Shown here: positions 13,504 through 57,681 of the stretch, piece by piece
How the letters are laid out: every line of letters starts with the position of its first letter
Numbering within the stretch: position 1 is the stretch's first letter
Origin: Amoebidium appalachense
Taxonomy: Eukaryota > Protista > Ichthyosporea
Direction: 5' to 3'
DNA: 64,000 nucleotides
NCBI GenBank assembly: GCA_963693365.1
Contig: CAVNZM010000008.1
Location: forward strand, 1,054,001 to 1,118,000
Translations under genes and position numbers: made by a program
The notes under the pieces: generated by a model
The model's database searches: none
What the model saw: only the letters and a program-made list of their open reading frames with translations
Told to the model about the DNA's origin: nothing

Positions 13504-14863
13504 TGCAGCGTGACGTCAAGCAGTACAAGGCCTTCCTTCACAACCTCTGGTTCAAGCTGTATCGCCGTGAGACCCAAAACGATTCGTCTGGGTTCGAACA
13601 CGTGTTTGTGGGTGAGCACCGTGATGGCGAGGTAGGCAGACACCACGCACACACATGCACACACACACATGTGCATGTACATGTACATGTACATGGACAT
13701 GTACACGAATCTTACCTCGGCTAGCAGCCCCCATCCCCCCCCTTCCAGAAAAATCCCTGTACCCCGTTTACTGTTGAGGGCTGCAGTTCCTATCTTCTCT
13801 CATTCCTTTCCTCTTTCATCCATTCATGGATCGACTCATTTTCGTTTCTATCCCCCCCCCCCCCCCCTCCCCCCGCCCCCCCCCCCGGGTCTCCGTGTAC
13901 GTGCACATTGAGATGTCAAATCTTGCCTGTGAGTGTGCACATGCAAACATGCCAATTTTGTGTATGTGTGTGCCTGTGATGGGATATGGAAGTGCAATGG
14001 ATGAGCAGGCTAGAGGGTTGGGGCATGTGCCGAGCACAAGTGACAAATGCTGGTGTTTGATTGGCCGCAGGTCATTGGGTTCCACAACTGGATCCAGTTC
14101 TTCATCCAGGAAATGCACGGTACCCCCCCGCGCCCCCAAAACACAACAACACTGAGAGTAAGGTTGAAAGAGACGGAACACGTACACAGCTACCCACCCA
14201 CACGTTCAAGCAGACCCCCAAACTCACTTGCCGCCTTGCCAACGCGGCGCTTAGTTCAGCATGTCTACGTTATCTCGTCGGTGTTTTTAAGGGGGCAGGA
14301 TGAGAACACTGGGGAAGATATGTGTGTGGAGGTGGAGGTGGGCTTGGGGCTCTGTGGTTGGATGGGTGTTTTTTGGGGGGGGGGAGGACTGGTGAATGGA
14401 AGTTTTTCTTTTTGGGGGGGGGGGGGGGGGGGACGGGTGGGGATTCCACTACTCAGGCGCCCCCTCCCCTCCCCTGATGCATGGGGTGCTTATTATTGTG
14501 TATGGCGGCAGGCAAGGTCAACTACAAGGGTTTCATCTACCCCAAGCGCCGCAGTGAGCCCCTGGTATATCTCCCCCCCCCCCTCCCCCCTCTTTCTTTT
14601 TTGTCTTTCCTTTTTTCTTGGTGGTGATGGTGGTGGGCGGCGGGGGAGGGGGGGGGGGAGGGGGAAGAAAAAGAAAGAGGGGGGAGGGGGGGGGGGGGGG
14701 GGGGGGGGGAGAATCAGAAAGTTTGCATTTACACGACGTCTTTTCTCCTTTGCCCCCAAATGTTCTGTTTCTCTCCGGCTCCGGCAGGCTTTGCCCCGAG
14801 GCTGCAACCATCATGTTTATGCACGTGCATGGACATGGTTTTTTTTTTTTTTTTTTTTTTTGT

Positions 14864-14896
<33 letters not shown>

Positions 14897-15270
14897 CCTC
14901 TTTCATGTGCACTTTGTAGATTCACATCGTTTAATATTTACACGCTTTGCCCTTGTTGGTTTGGATTAGCTGGGTTTGTTGGTTGGTGTTGGTGCCAGTG
15001 TGCAAAATAGGAAATGGCCCCCCGGGGGGGGGGGGGGGGGGGGGGGGGAGGGAGGGGGGATATAGCTAACAGAACGACTGTGACAGCCCACGGACGAGAC
15101 CCGACTTGTGACGGCGCAATTTGATTGGGCGGGAGAGGGCAAGTCCATGTCTTCAATCCTCATGGGTGTCAGGTGATTGCCCCCTCCCTCCCCCCCTCCC
15201 CCCCTCCCCCCCCCCCCCCCCCCCCCACCGCCGCCACCACCTCCACCTCCTCCTCCTCGTCGTCGTCCGC

Positions 15271-15311
<41 letters not shown>

Positions 15312-15496
15312 GTTACGCACTTCCACAAAGCCAAACACGTGGTGTTCTGTCTGGCCGTGTAATGTGCCGGTTTTTTGTCTTACAGACAAATTGATATCTT
15401 CGACCCACCTCACCAAAAAAAAACACCCAGACTAATACATACATCCACAAGCATACACATACACAGACAGGCCTGAACACCACCACATTTATCAAA

Positions 15497-15534
<38 letters not shown>

Positions 15535-16882
15535 CACTTATGTATCGATTGCACCTAACCGTGAAGGGATTCACTTCATTTCCCGTCGAACATCCCCTTT
15601 CTCGTCCTCACTCCCCGCTCTTTTTGCAGTGTAGATTTCACCTTTAAATTTATACCCTCCCCCTTCAGCCCCCCTTCCCCCCCTTCGCGATTCCCCCCTG
15701 CCAACCACCACCACAGCCATGTCCTATTATCCCGTGACCTGCCCCCTCCCCTCCCCCCCCCCCCCCCCCTCCCGCCCTACTTCTCCTACCTTCCAGAACG
15801 CAGATACATGGGCAACGGTGCACACGGTAACACACATTCACACCTCACCTAAACACACACACACGCACACACACACACACACACATGTACAGCCCCGAGT
15901 TTGAGCTAGCGCTATACACTCTATGCTTTGTGCTCGGGCAGACCGACAACCATATGGAGCTGGACGGCTACGACATCAACGTCAAGGTGTGTGTGTTTGG
16001 GGGGGGGGGGGGGGGGAGGGGGGGGGATGGGCGGAGCAAAATGTGGTGGGGGATCAGAGGAAGGGGAGGTTGCAGATACCAAAGAGGGAGGAGGTGGGTC
16101 GGAGGGGGGGGGAGGGGGAGAGAGAGGGAAGGAAGGGGGGACGGGAGGGGGGGAGGGGGGGGAAGGAAGGGGGAGTTTGGGGGGGGGGGGGGGGGGGGGG
16201 GGGGAGGGAGGATTGGTCCTTGCACACTGAGTATGTTGGTGCTTTTTGGAGAAAGGGAAAGGGGAGAGGGGAGGGTGGGAGCTTGGTGACACTGGGTTTG
16301 GACCTTTTGTTATGTTTTAGCTAAGGGTGTGAGGGGTGTGAGGGGGGGGGGGGGGGGGGTCACGGAGGTTTGCACTTTTGAGAACCTGGGTGTTGAATCT
16401 TATAGTGTGTTATTATATAACAGGGGAAACGAAGAAGAGAGGTGCCCGGATGATAAGTAGTCCACGGGTCTGGTGGTGGTGGTGACGGCGGCGGTGGGGA
16501 TGGTGGTGATTGTGTGTGGGTGGGTGGGTGGGTGGTGGTGGTGGTGGTGGTGGGGGGGGGGGGGGGGGGGGGGGGGGGGAAGGGGGGGAGACCCACACCT
16601 CTAGGTTCAACCCAATGAACTGAAGCTTACGTTTATGGGGAGGACCCCACCTGTTCTTTCCCCTCCATGCTTCAGAGATCATAAAACACTACACACACCT
16701 ACACATGCATCATGCGACACACTAACACACACACACGCACACATACATACACAAACATACATACATTCACTCGCTCACTCACTCAAATATTCACTCACTC
16801 AGCTACACTTACTCACTCACGGACACACCCACACCCACCCACCCACATGCACACGCGCACACACACACACACGCACACACAG

Positions 16883-16951
<69 letters not shown>

Positions 16952-17004
16952 GCCACCGTATTGGCCAGGACCGCATCGGCTCGTGCTACCCCATTGCCGA
17001 GTAA
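10089..17004 (+). CDS. ENDOU: Uridylate-specific endoribonuclease EndoU (XendoU/PP11 family), 9 coding exons
   Basis: Exons approx. 10089-10220, 10766-10882, 11865-11993, 13509-13631, 14071-14119, 14512-14564, 15087-15172, 15893-15986, 16951-17004. They give [31 protein letters not shown]...[21 protein letters not shown]. Catalytic His/His/Lys positions are present. Confidence 0.93.
12706..13318. mobile_element. Possible decayed non-autonomous DNA transposon in EndoU intron 3
   Basis: Complex (non-microsatellite) block bounded by TAGGGT...ACCCTA. Motif CCATTAACCG-N1-5-CACC-N1-2-GATC occurs forward at ~12734 and inverted at ~13108-13130 and ~13281-13305. No clear TSD. Confidence 0.4.
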
Positions 17005-17382
17005 CTTACTCCCATATACACCGGCATAAAGGCCAGACTGGAATTGCTTTCTTACCGAATTACCGACTGAAGTGCACCGGAGTTAAACTCACAACCACAC
17101 ATAAACAAATACTTATAATATTGTATACATCGTCAGCATTATAGATAATCACACTAGATAGGTACTCAATCAATCAACCTATCACCATACACTACATGGT
17201 GGTGTGCTAAAATAACTTCCACTCAGGCATTATAATAAATCATCTGCTTCGTGATAATAAGGTCCTGTTATATAGAATAATAATATGCACATGAATGCAT
17301 GTTTATTCGCATTCGGTGGCGCCTTGTACTGAAGAGTAGCGTGCATATACATTCGACAGAGTTAACATTGGTATGTGGATCC

Positions 17383-17570
17383 GAGATGGCTTTCGAATAC
17401 AACCGAACTCTGAATTTTAAAGATGATATGTCTCAATAATAATGGCTGTCCCAACCCCTACGTCAGACTTTACCCAAGAGATGGTTTTCGAAAAAAAACT
17501 GAACTCTGAAATTTAATGATATGTCTCAATAATAATGGCTGTCCCGACCCCTACATCAGACTTTACCCAA
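17383..17570. repeat. ~95-bp direct tandem duplication (2 diverged copies) downstream of EndoU
   Basis: gagatgg(c/t)tttcgaa...atgatatgtctcaataataatggctgtccc...tcagactttacccaa at 17383-17477 and 17478-17570. Confidence 0.85.
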
Positions 17571-17819
17571 CCATACATATATTCCTTTGGCATAATTGTG
17601 TGTGCGCGCTGTGCATGCCATATATATATGGGTTTCTTGTGTCATACACATGTAATATCATCGGAGTGTTCGATACTATGCCACACTGTGTGCCTGTTTA
17701 ATCTGCTTGTCTGTGTGCAATGGACGTGAAGCTTGATGTGCTATAGAAGTTTGGGCGCACAAAAAAAAAGTTTTTATAAAACAGCAAATGAAGTAGGAAT
17801 ATGGTGGTTTTGTGTATGT

Positions 17820-17867
<48 letters not shown>

Positions 17868-17974
17868 CCATACGGGCCATGGCTTGTGGACTTAAATGAT
17901 TGCGGCGCACGTGTGTCACTGTCGGATGCGACACTGCATGCGTGATGCTGAGCATATGTGTGTGTGCCTGTGTT

Positions 17975-18023
<49 letters not shown>

Positions 18024-18339
18024 CTGTGTGTGTGTGTTTTGTGTGTGTGCGCGCGCGCCCACGTGCACGTGTGCGTGTGCTGTGTGCGTGTGTGCACGTG
18101 TGTCTCTGATTGCACGAGTACTTGGGTCCGGCAATAGAAAAAATGGAAGTTTTAGCCGCCACTCATGCCAGGACGTTCACTCAGATCTCAAGTTCTTTCA
18201 GATGGGAAAAAAACAACAAAAAAAACCACGGCTGCCTGAGAACAAGTTGAAGTGCGCCTGTTTCTGTACTTGTACCACTGACTAACACGTACTGACGTGT
18301 TGCCGCACGTGCGACGTTTTAACATCTACTTAGGCGGCT

Positions 18340-18370
<31 letters not shown>

Positions 18371-18935
18371 GGTGACACCGCCTCAGTAGGTGGTAGTACC
18401 ACTGACTGCAGTCAGCAATAATGATGGTGGGGTCTGTGCGGATAGCCGAATTTCGCCGGGAGCCATCTGGTGTGAGCGGCCAATCGCACACCCCCGCATT
18501 TGTGATCTGTGATATCTATAAGTATGTATACGTCACCGTTGCGGTGCGGCTCGTATTTTAGCGCGGTATACGTGTACAGTAGAGCCGGTAACGCAGAGCT
18601 TTATGCTTATATGACAGCAACTAGAGACATGAGGTGTAGCATACTATACAGCTGGCATAGGGCGTAGGCAGAAGGTTTATTGTGCCTGACTTGGTGTGGC
18701 AGTAGGCTAGGCCAGAGCAGTGCAGAACAAGCAGAGAGCCAACAGTAGTGGACAGCACACACAAGTGGGGCCAACAGGTCGGCACTTACGCAAACAGCTG
18801 GTCAGCTGCCGTGTGCCCAGTTAGGGTGTGCGTGGTCCAAGGCACATACCCTGCAGAAGGGGTCGGTGACCCACCCCCCAGGCCGCCTGTCCGGGTTCCT
18901 GTGTCTGCGCACAGCCCCAGCGGGCCAAGGGCACA

Positions 18936-29110
<10,175 letters not shown>

Positions 29111-30114
29111 TTGCTATTTGCTTATGTACATATTGGCCGTTGAATGGGTGTGCGTGTGCAAATTTGCCGTGCACGTGCGTGCTTGGCTATGCTCACTGAA
29201 CAGCAACAACTGCCCACCCTTCCCTCATTTGGGTGTCGAATGTTATGCGAACGTAGCTTAGTTGTGGCAATGTGATATGGAAAATGGTCTTTTGCAGGGA
29301 ACAGTGGTGGCTGGTGTGTACGCTGCAGAATGCAAAGATATATATGAGGGTTACACCTGTGTGTGACCCATTGCCAGGTTGTCAGGCAATGCAGGCATAC
29401 ATGGCACGTCTGGTAAACGGACAACTCTCAGTGAGCTACATGTAGTATGCGATGGCGAAAATGTGCCTGCGCTTGCACATGTGTGTGTGTGTGTGTGTGT
29501 GTGTGCGTGCATGCGCACAGACACACACACACACACACTCACTCACTCACTCACTCACTCACTCACACACATCATAAGCACGTACTCAATTTTGTATGAA
29601 GTGTGCCATATGCACACAACTGCAACATTATTATGTAGCATATCGACGTCACAAAGAACACTGTGTGTGCGTGTGTCACGGTGTGTGCGTGTGCGTGTGT
29701 GTTTGAGTGTGTGTGTCTGTGTCTGTGTCTGTGTCTGTGTCTGTGTGTGTGTGTGTGCGCGCGTGTGTGGGACTACATGTGTATGTGTTCTTGCAGCGAT
29801 GCCAACACACGGTGCAGCACTTGGTGGTGCCTGTCCATAGATCTCTTGGTTGGCCTATATAAGAAAAGAACAGATGCACATAAAGGCATTCGAACATGCT
29901 AGGAAAAGGGGTTGAGGGTCGACGTCGACGTCGTGCACGAAATACGGTACGGGGGGAGGGGGGAAGGGAGCTCGAGCCGCGGGGAGGGGGGGGGGGCCGG
30001 GGGGGGGGGGGGGGGGTTAGAAGTGGGCACTCTGGTTGATAGTATAGCAATGGTCCTTACAGTGAGAGATCCCAGGATGCGCAGAGAGGGAGGCCTCTGT
30101 AGCAGCTCCTCCAG

Positions 30115-30635
30115 CCCGGAGATATTGATATTAAGCAGGGAGATATATGCCATATCACCCGAGGCCGGAGATACTAGTATTTAGCAGGGAGATAGATGGC
30201 ATATATCCCCCGAGGCCGGAGAAATTAAGCAGGGTGATGTATGGCATATCCCCCGAGAGATGGGGATACATATATAGCATATCCCCCTGCCTGACTAGGG
30301 CGGAAAATTTAAGGCATATCCCCCGAGGGAGGGGAGATATATATGGCACATCCCCGAAGGAGGGAGATATGTGGCATATCCCCCTACCTGAACTAGGGAG
30401 GGAGATATGTGGTATATCCCCCTACCTGAACTAGGGAGGGAGATATGTGGCATATCCCCCTACCTGAACTAGGGAGGGAGATATGTGGTATATCCCCTAT
30501 CTGAACTAGGGAGGGAGATATGGGGCATATCCCCCTACCTGAACTAGGCCTAGGGAGGCAGATATGGGGCATATCCCCCTACCTGAACTAGGGAGGGAGA
30601 TATATATGGCAAATCTCCCTGCCTGGCTCTCCGGG
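30115..30635. repeat. Modular hairpin-repeat array with inverted ends (foldback-like element)
   Basis: Core GGGAGATAT-N-TGGCATATCCCC occurs ~13 times. Regular 38-bp units start at 30362, 30400, 30438, 30476, 30513, 30557, 30595. Left end CCGGAGA..GCAGGGAGAT..TGCCATAT is matched in inverted orientation at 30601-30633. Confidence 0.75.
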
Positions 30636-30705
30636 GGCCGCAGGGAAAGGGGTCGATATCTTGCCCTGGTTGCCGTAGGTAGCCTAGAGAAGGGGAAGGA
30701 AAACT

Positions 30706-30706
<1 letters not shown>

Positions 30707-30761
<55 letters not shown>

Positions 30762-30816
30762 TGACACACACACACACACACACTGTGACACACACACACA
30801 CACACACACACACTGT

Positions 30817-30893
<77 letters not shown>

Positions 30894-30918
30894 TGACACA
30901 CACACACACACACACTGT

Positions 30919-30969
<51 letters not shown>

Positions 30970-31024
30970 TGACACACACACACACACACACTGTGACACA
31001 CACACACACACACACACACACTGT

Positions 31025-31071
<47 letters not shown>

Positions 31072-31072
31072 T

Positions 31073-31113
<41 letters not shown>

Positions 31114-31160
31114 TGACACACACACACACACACACACTGTGACACACACACACACACTGT

Positions 31161-31193
<33 letters not shown>

Positions 31194-31194
31194 T

Positions 31195-31239
<45 letters not shown>

Positions 31240-31240
31240 T

Positions 31241-31277
<37 letters not shown>

Positions 31278-31278
31278 T

Positions 31279-31315
<37 letters not shown>

Positions 31316-31316
31316 T

Positions 31317-31367
<51 letters not shown>

Positions 31368-31397
31368 TGACACACACACACACACACACACACACAC
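30707..31397. repeat. Compound microsatellite: (CA)n interrupted ~17 times by TGTG (CACACTGTGACACA)
   Basis: Directly visible; spacing between interruptions varies from ~20 to ~80 bp. Confidence 0.92.
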
Positions 31398-32023
31398 GTA
31401 CACGATTGTTACTGCAGCGTACATGCACACCATGCACTCATATGGTGCCTCACAAAACTGCACACACAGTGAGACATATCATGCACTGGGAAAACCCTTT
31501 CATCACCCAGATAGTCGGATCAACCCAGATAACGTCACATTATCAGTTGCCAATTTGCACATTCGTTTGTATAAAACTCAAAAAAAAAAAAAAAAAAAAA
31601 AGTAGGAATATGGTTGGATGCGCCAGGCACCCATCTGATATTTTCAAAAGTTGCTTACACACAAGCACCAGCAGTAGTGCTAGTCCGTTTTTTTATCCAT
31701 TTAAGAATAAGACATCTATGTCCAAAAGGGAAAGAAAACGAAGCAACAATGAACACTTACTTAGTACTAGGGGAAGGACACCGGTTTCAGGAGCAAACAT
31801 CAGCTACATGCATGTTCTATAGTTGGTGCTTTGAATACATCAAAAAGAACCAAGAAGCATGACTCACAGCATCGGAGGAATGCCGATTACACATAGAAAC
31901 TCCGTTCAGAAACATCGTCACTCCCTATCTACACTGCAAGAGATGTTCAGGCAACGGGATATACGATGTTCGAGATATCACGACACTACTAAAAAACAAT
32001 CAAATTAAAACACGGAGAGCTGT

Positions 32024-32077
<54 letters not shown>

Positions 32078-32480
32078 TGGAGTTCACAAGACAAAAACAA
32101 CGTTTGAGACTGGGAAGAGAGGGTGTAAGTGCTCATGTTTGCATGCATAGGCTTGGTTTTCGATTGCTTTTGGGCACGGTTTCTGTGTACATAACCACAA
32201 CGCGTATTTTCTAAGCAATTACTCACCTTATCACTATAAACAGGGTGTGTGCAGGCCTGGGTGGAATGGAGGATGTGTGTGTGCGCTCGTGTGTGTGCAC
32301 ACGTGTGTCTGCGAGTGTGTATGTGCCCGGGCCGACGTGTGTGTGTGGGTGGGTGTTTGGGTGTGCATGTGTGTGCGCGCGTGCATGTCCGCATGTGTGT
32401 GTGCGGGTGCGTGTGTGTGTGTGTGCGTGCGCGCATGTGCATGTCAACACGAAGCATAGCATGGTGCCTAAAGAAAACAA

Positions 32481-38173
<5,693 letters not shown>

Positions 38174-38553
38174 GGTGCGTGTCGGGGGTGGTGGTGCGTG
38201 CTATTGCTTTGGGCGTGTCTGTGTTCCCTCGCCGAGTTGTGCGCGCCACTGCCCGCGCGTGTGTGTGTGTGTCTATGTGTGTGCGTGTGTTTGTGTGCGT
38301 ACATGTGCACGAGACTATAGATGGCCGTGGTACATGTGCCTGAACAACCGATCTCCAGTGATCGGACTCCAGGGGTCCTTGATATTCCATCCCGGAAGTT
38401 GGTCGTCACATTGCGTATTTATATGATTTTCACACAGTGTTCAGGTATCTCAGTATGCACTTGTTACTGGATAACTCGTGAAGTTTTTTATTGTCTTCTC
38501 AGTATGCCGTGCGTACTTGTCATATCTTTCCGTCGAATAAATCCAGTCAAAAG

Positions 38554-38597
<44 letters not shown>

Positions 38598-39214
38598 CCC
38601 AAGTTCAAGGCATTCCCATGATGCAATTTTCGAGATCGCCCACCCAAGCTTACATCAAGGGAGACCCTGCCCCCATGTTAACGTTGTTTTCTCTTCAAAA
38701 AAGTTTCTAGTTTCCCCTCCCGTGCACTCTGTATGTTCGTACATGCATGTTGATCGCAGCATTTTGGCTGTTGCTTTTTCTTTAAGTGTATTTTTCAAAC
38801 ATATATTTATTGGGACAGTATTGGTATTGTGCCCAGGGGGTTGCCAACATGATCACGGTGCGTGATATATCCTATATGATTTTTCTATTGTAGGGGGAGT
38901 GTTGTGGTGCACAGTGTTCGTTCACGTGTTTTGTGTGCGCTGTGTACGTGTACACACATGTAAATCAGGTTACTGTGTGTGCACGTGTGTACACAACTGA
39001 GTGCACCATTGTGTTATATGTGGGTTACATGTGTTTGTGTTCTGCACTGTGTACCAATATGGGCTTGGTATTTGTGTGGTCAGGTTTGCGTGCACATGTG
39101 CACGTGTATGTGTGTGTGTGTGTTGTGGCTGTGCCACGGCGTGCATGTGTGTGCGCTCACGTAGCAGTGTGTAGGGGTGGGGGTGGAGGGTGTGTGTGTG
39201 TATGTGTGTGTGTG

Positions 39215-39251
<37 letters not shown>

Positions 39252-39645
39252 TGAAATTTTGCACTGTATCTTATCCCAGCACCAACCAGTCGTGTGCCCA
39301 TATATGGTTATTATTGGGTGTCGGAGATCCATGTCACCACACACTCCTGCTCCAAAATAGCTTCATATGTTATTAATAGATTACACCAACTACCGCGCAG
39401 CATCCTGCCTCTTGGTTAAATTTTAACGTGTACGTCCTATTGGGTGGATGTTACTACGGCCATTGCCCATTGGCTGTTACAGATATTGTAAAAAGGGGCC
39501 GGAAAGGCATGTATTAGCCATAAAGCCCCTTCTACTAAAAAGGAACCACATCCATAAAAACAAAAAAAAATCCGATGGTGTGCGTATCATAGTCCGTGTG
39601 GCTGTATGCGCGTGTGTGAGTGAGTGTCAGTGAGGGTATGTGTTT

Positions 39646-39682
<37 letters not shown>

Positions 39683-40095
39683 TGTGTGTGACACTATAAA
39701 AGAGTTGTGCTACCTTGTGATCCACTAAATCTCTCGCTAAGCACGAAAAAACCACTTGTCACCTGTATGATTGTGTTCTGATATGAACGTAAAATCACGT
39801 GTGTGTGTGTGTGCACAGAAGTTCTTACGCACCTTCGTCTCTGTTCTAGTGCTCACAAACTAATCTTGACGTATTTGAAACCTCATCTCGCACTAGGCAT
39901 CCACTACCATATTTCTACCCTGCACACTGCATTATCCCTCTTGATTTCTACGTCAACTCGTCTCCCCCCCTCTCCCTCCCCCCTCCCCCCCCCCCCCCCC
40001 CCCCCACACCCACACACACACCCACACCCACCCTTCCTTCCTCCGCCCCTTCCCACCACCACCACACACACACAAACCCCTCACCCGCCCATTAA

Positions 40096-49330
<9,235 letters not shown>

Positions 49331-49397
49331 TGAACATGAGCGTGTGTGCGAGTGTGCACTCACGCGTGTGTGCGTGTGTGCGTGCCTGTGTGCGCGC

Positions 49398-49444
<47 letters not shown>

Positions 49445-52221
49445 TGCCCGTACGTGTACGAGTATGTGTGTGTGCGCGCGCGTGCGCGCACGTGTGCGCA
49501 GACACGTGCGTGCGCGTTCATTTGTGTGCTGTGTGTGTGCGTGCGCGCGCGTGCGTATACGCGTGCACTCGTGCGTGTGTCCATGTGCGAGTTTGTATGT
49601 GTGCGCGCGTGTAAATGCAGGTGAGTGTGTGTGCACGTCTGTTGAGTGCGCTGCGCGTGCCTGTATGTATGCGCGCACTTTACTTGTCTGTGCATGTGTG
49701 CATGTGTGTGTGTGCACCGACGACTGTGAGCGCAAGGACATTTTTTCTCCGTTTTTACTTTCCGTATCTCCGTGCACGACCCTACGATCATATGAGTGTG
49801 TGCTTGCTACACGTTTTTGCCACCTTTCGGCCTATACCACACTGTTTCCGTGTCTGTGAGGGATGTGCAGGTGTTTGAGACCTTTCTTTCCCTTACACAT
49901 CAGTGCAGTGTGCGCACTTGTAGACTTAACAGAGGGCGGGCCCTAGTGTATGCATTCGAATATTTACCGATGTTTAACTACACACAACGAAGCAGGGTAA
50001 ATGTGGTGCGCTCTGTTGTGTGTGCATGTTTCTGTGAATCAATGTGCAGGGAAACATTTACAGCACAAGGGTAAAAGGAGAGAATTGAACCGCAAAAACA
50101 GTGCTAATTTATCATAGATTCCGACATTTTTTCGGAGTCTGCCGAGCAAACGCACCTTTCTTTGCGTGTGCCCCCCACAGGCACACCAGCACGCAGAGGG
50201 CCAGAAGCAAGAGTGATGTTCGCCGCGGTAGCCTCATTTTCTTGTGGCTCTTTTTGATGTTGAAGGAAATTAAATGAGAGAATAGAAAGAAACAAGTAGA
50301 GCTGGGTGTAACAAACGGGCTTTAAGATGGGCCCATCAGCTTCTATAGCATGGCGTCTGCCTGTGGATGTATGCGAAAAAAACAAAGGGGAATACCCCTC
50401 TAGAAAAAAGGAATGGGCTGAGCGTTTTAATTATGCATACAGGAAGGCTGGCCCAACGCCGCTGGAGTAGAATTTCCTGCTGTGAAGGCTTTTTTTTCCG
50501 TGTCGGTAACCTCTTTTAGGAGGTGGCAGCTGAGGGTCACAGTCAAGAAAGGGTGGTTTGTCGCCGTGTTGTAGTTGAAGCACAAAGATGAAGGAATGAA
50601 TGTGCATCGGTTCTTTGCACGTCGGTTCTTTGCACCGGAAAAGGAAAAAGGTGACCTCAAATGGGTTTACATAGGATTCCGGCTGTAAAGCGCCGTATGT
50701 TCGTCCCGTTTCCTGGGAAACACCCTCCAGCAAAGGGGTGCGAGTTGGATGTCTGTTGCACCAATTCGCATACGGCGCCTTCAAAGTGTGTGCGAAGTTG
50801 GTCAAAGAAAAAAGGAGACCCCCATGAAAAAATAAATCTACCTCGAACGATAGGTCATTAACGAGAAACTGTGTTAGACAAGCCTGTGTGTGTTTCTGTT
50901 GTGTATAAAATAAAATAAAATTAAACAGGGAAAAATTTCTACGAACAGACACTAGTATCGTTCCCTCTTGGCACCCTGTGGTGACGGTCAGCCGCGGCCG
51001 GCCGCGGCCGCGGCCGCGCAGCCCAGAACAGAGAGGTGCATGCATGTGGATAAAAATCACGAATGGAATGTAGGAAGATCTTGTGTGGGAGCGATTCGGG
51101 TCACCTATGTAGGCCTCTGACCCTTTGCCGAGGCACGAGAGATATACTTGACTCTCTGCCAAATTTGTTATAATTGATGTAGTTTATAGCTCATTATATG
51201 TGATTATTTTATTGTTTTACACTTGGATTTTTATGAGGCTTTCATTTTCTGCATGATGTTATAGTCTAAAAGGCGAGCTAGTATTGCATGCTTATAGGTG
51301 TACATGTTGACGATCCACCCGACTCACATTCCACAACTACTTCTAATTATCCTTATCCCCTAGACTTTGATAACGTTCACGCTGCAGAAAGTTGTCGGAG
51401 CTTTTCTGATATCATCCGCGCCAATCATTATCATATTAATATATTTACCAACAGCTTTAGTGCTTTACAAAAAATAATCCTACTGTTGCGTTATGATTTA
51501 GTCTAGTACTATAGGCTCTCAAAATTAGTGTGTTCAAGGCGTTGTCTGTCCAAACTTTGACATTTGAGGGAAACTGTTGATTTAACCCCCCCATGTTTTA
51601 AGTCTAGTAGGTTATTTCTATGGCGCGATTTGGTTGGCTGAATCGGCACCACTCTGATGTCACAAAAAGCAAAACAGCCAAAACAAAGGGTTGCTGCGTT
51701 GTGCTTCGAAAACTTGCTCTCAGAGTCCAACCCCCATGTGTATACGGTGCATTTATTACATGTGTCCTGTAAAGAAACACGTTGGTTTTATGAGGATGCA
51801 CGCAGAACTTACTTTATAGCTCGCCATACATAGAAAATAAGCGAAGCGGAAACAGCAACAAAACCATACGTAGCCACCTTTTCCTATACATTTGCATGAT
51901 AGCAATTTGTTGTGCCCTTCTCTGAGTTGCCCTGTGGCAGGAGTTGAGACCCAGGTGTTCCTCGAAGAGGTTTATGCCTAAACTCAATTGAAAAAACGTT
52001 GTAAGCAAACAGTATGCTGATAGATTTGTCCCCTTTTACAGCACATCTCTAGGCACCCTAGGCTGGACTATAATTCAGTTTGCACAGTGCGGTCATCTTC
52101 GTCACATCAGGATCTAACCGCTTTACAAACTGTCCTGTACTAAAAAACGGGTTTACACAACTCAAATTGCCCTGTCCTATAACAAGCACACTCCTCACAA
52201 CCCCACCGTCACCTTTCTGCC

Positions 52222-57039
<4,818 letters not shown>

Positions 57040-57589
57040 GAAGTGGTGTGATTGTACAAGTATTGATTTAGTCATGAGTTTGAGCTTCGTAATACTCGGA
57101 ATAGCAAATGTCCAGAAATATAGTTAGTCGAATTGGTCAATTTTCTGCGTGTTGATGCATAGCGGATGCCATACTTCGAAATCGATGTACATAGATTCAA
57201 TGCTAGGAGTTTATATGTATGCTCATTGTGTAGCATATTCGAGAATTCTGTATAGCCTGGAACAGCTGCTGTGTGTTGCTCATTTCAGACAGGCCAGTAA
57301 GTATTGCTATTTTCAGAAAGGTTTGCACATATCTTGTGTACGTACGAAGGGCACCAGTGGTTGCGACCTATAAATGGCAACAAAAAACCGGGTGTTTGCT
57401 GCAACAGCTGTAATCGTGATGATTGAAATGGAAATGAAACCATTGAAAAAATTTAAAGTTGGTCACATGTCGTCTGTCCGGTGCCAACGATGCCAGATCG
57501 ATGCATGGCTGGAACTTATTTCACGCATGCCGCCCTAGGTTACATGCTTCGAGTAATTCGTGAACACCCAGGCCCACGAAGATAATCAT

Positions 57590-57681
<92 letters not shown>

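Noticed and set aside
15987-16950. Intron-bridging by complementary GT-rich 5' and (CA)n 3' ends
   Set aside because: Fits this EndoU intron, but most other introns have the same repeat type at both ends, so no general pattern is supported.
30115-30635. CRISPR-array interpretation of the palindromic repeats
   Set aside because: Inter-repeat sequences are identical or related rather than unique spacers, there are no cas genes, and the context is eukaryotic.
50431-51162. 243-aa intergenic ORF and GCCGCG reiteration at ~50991-51020
   Set aside because: No recognisable motifs and non-ATG start; the GC repeat is too short to assign beyond a possible regulatory element between divergent genes.
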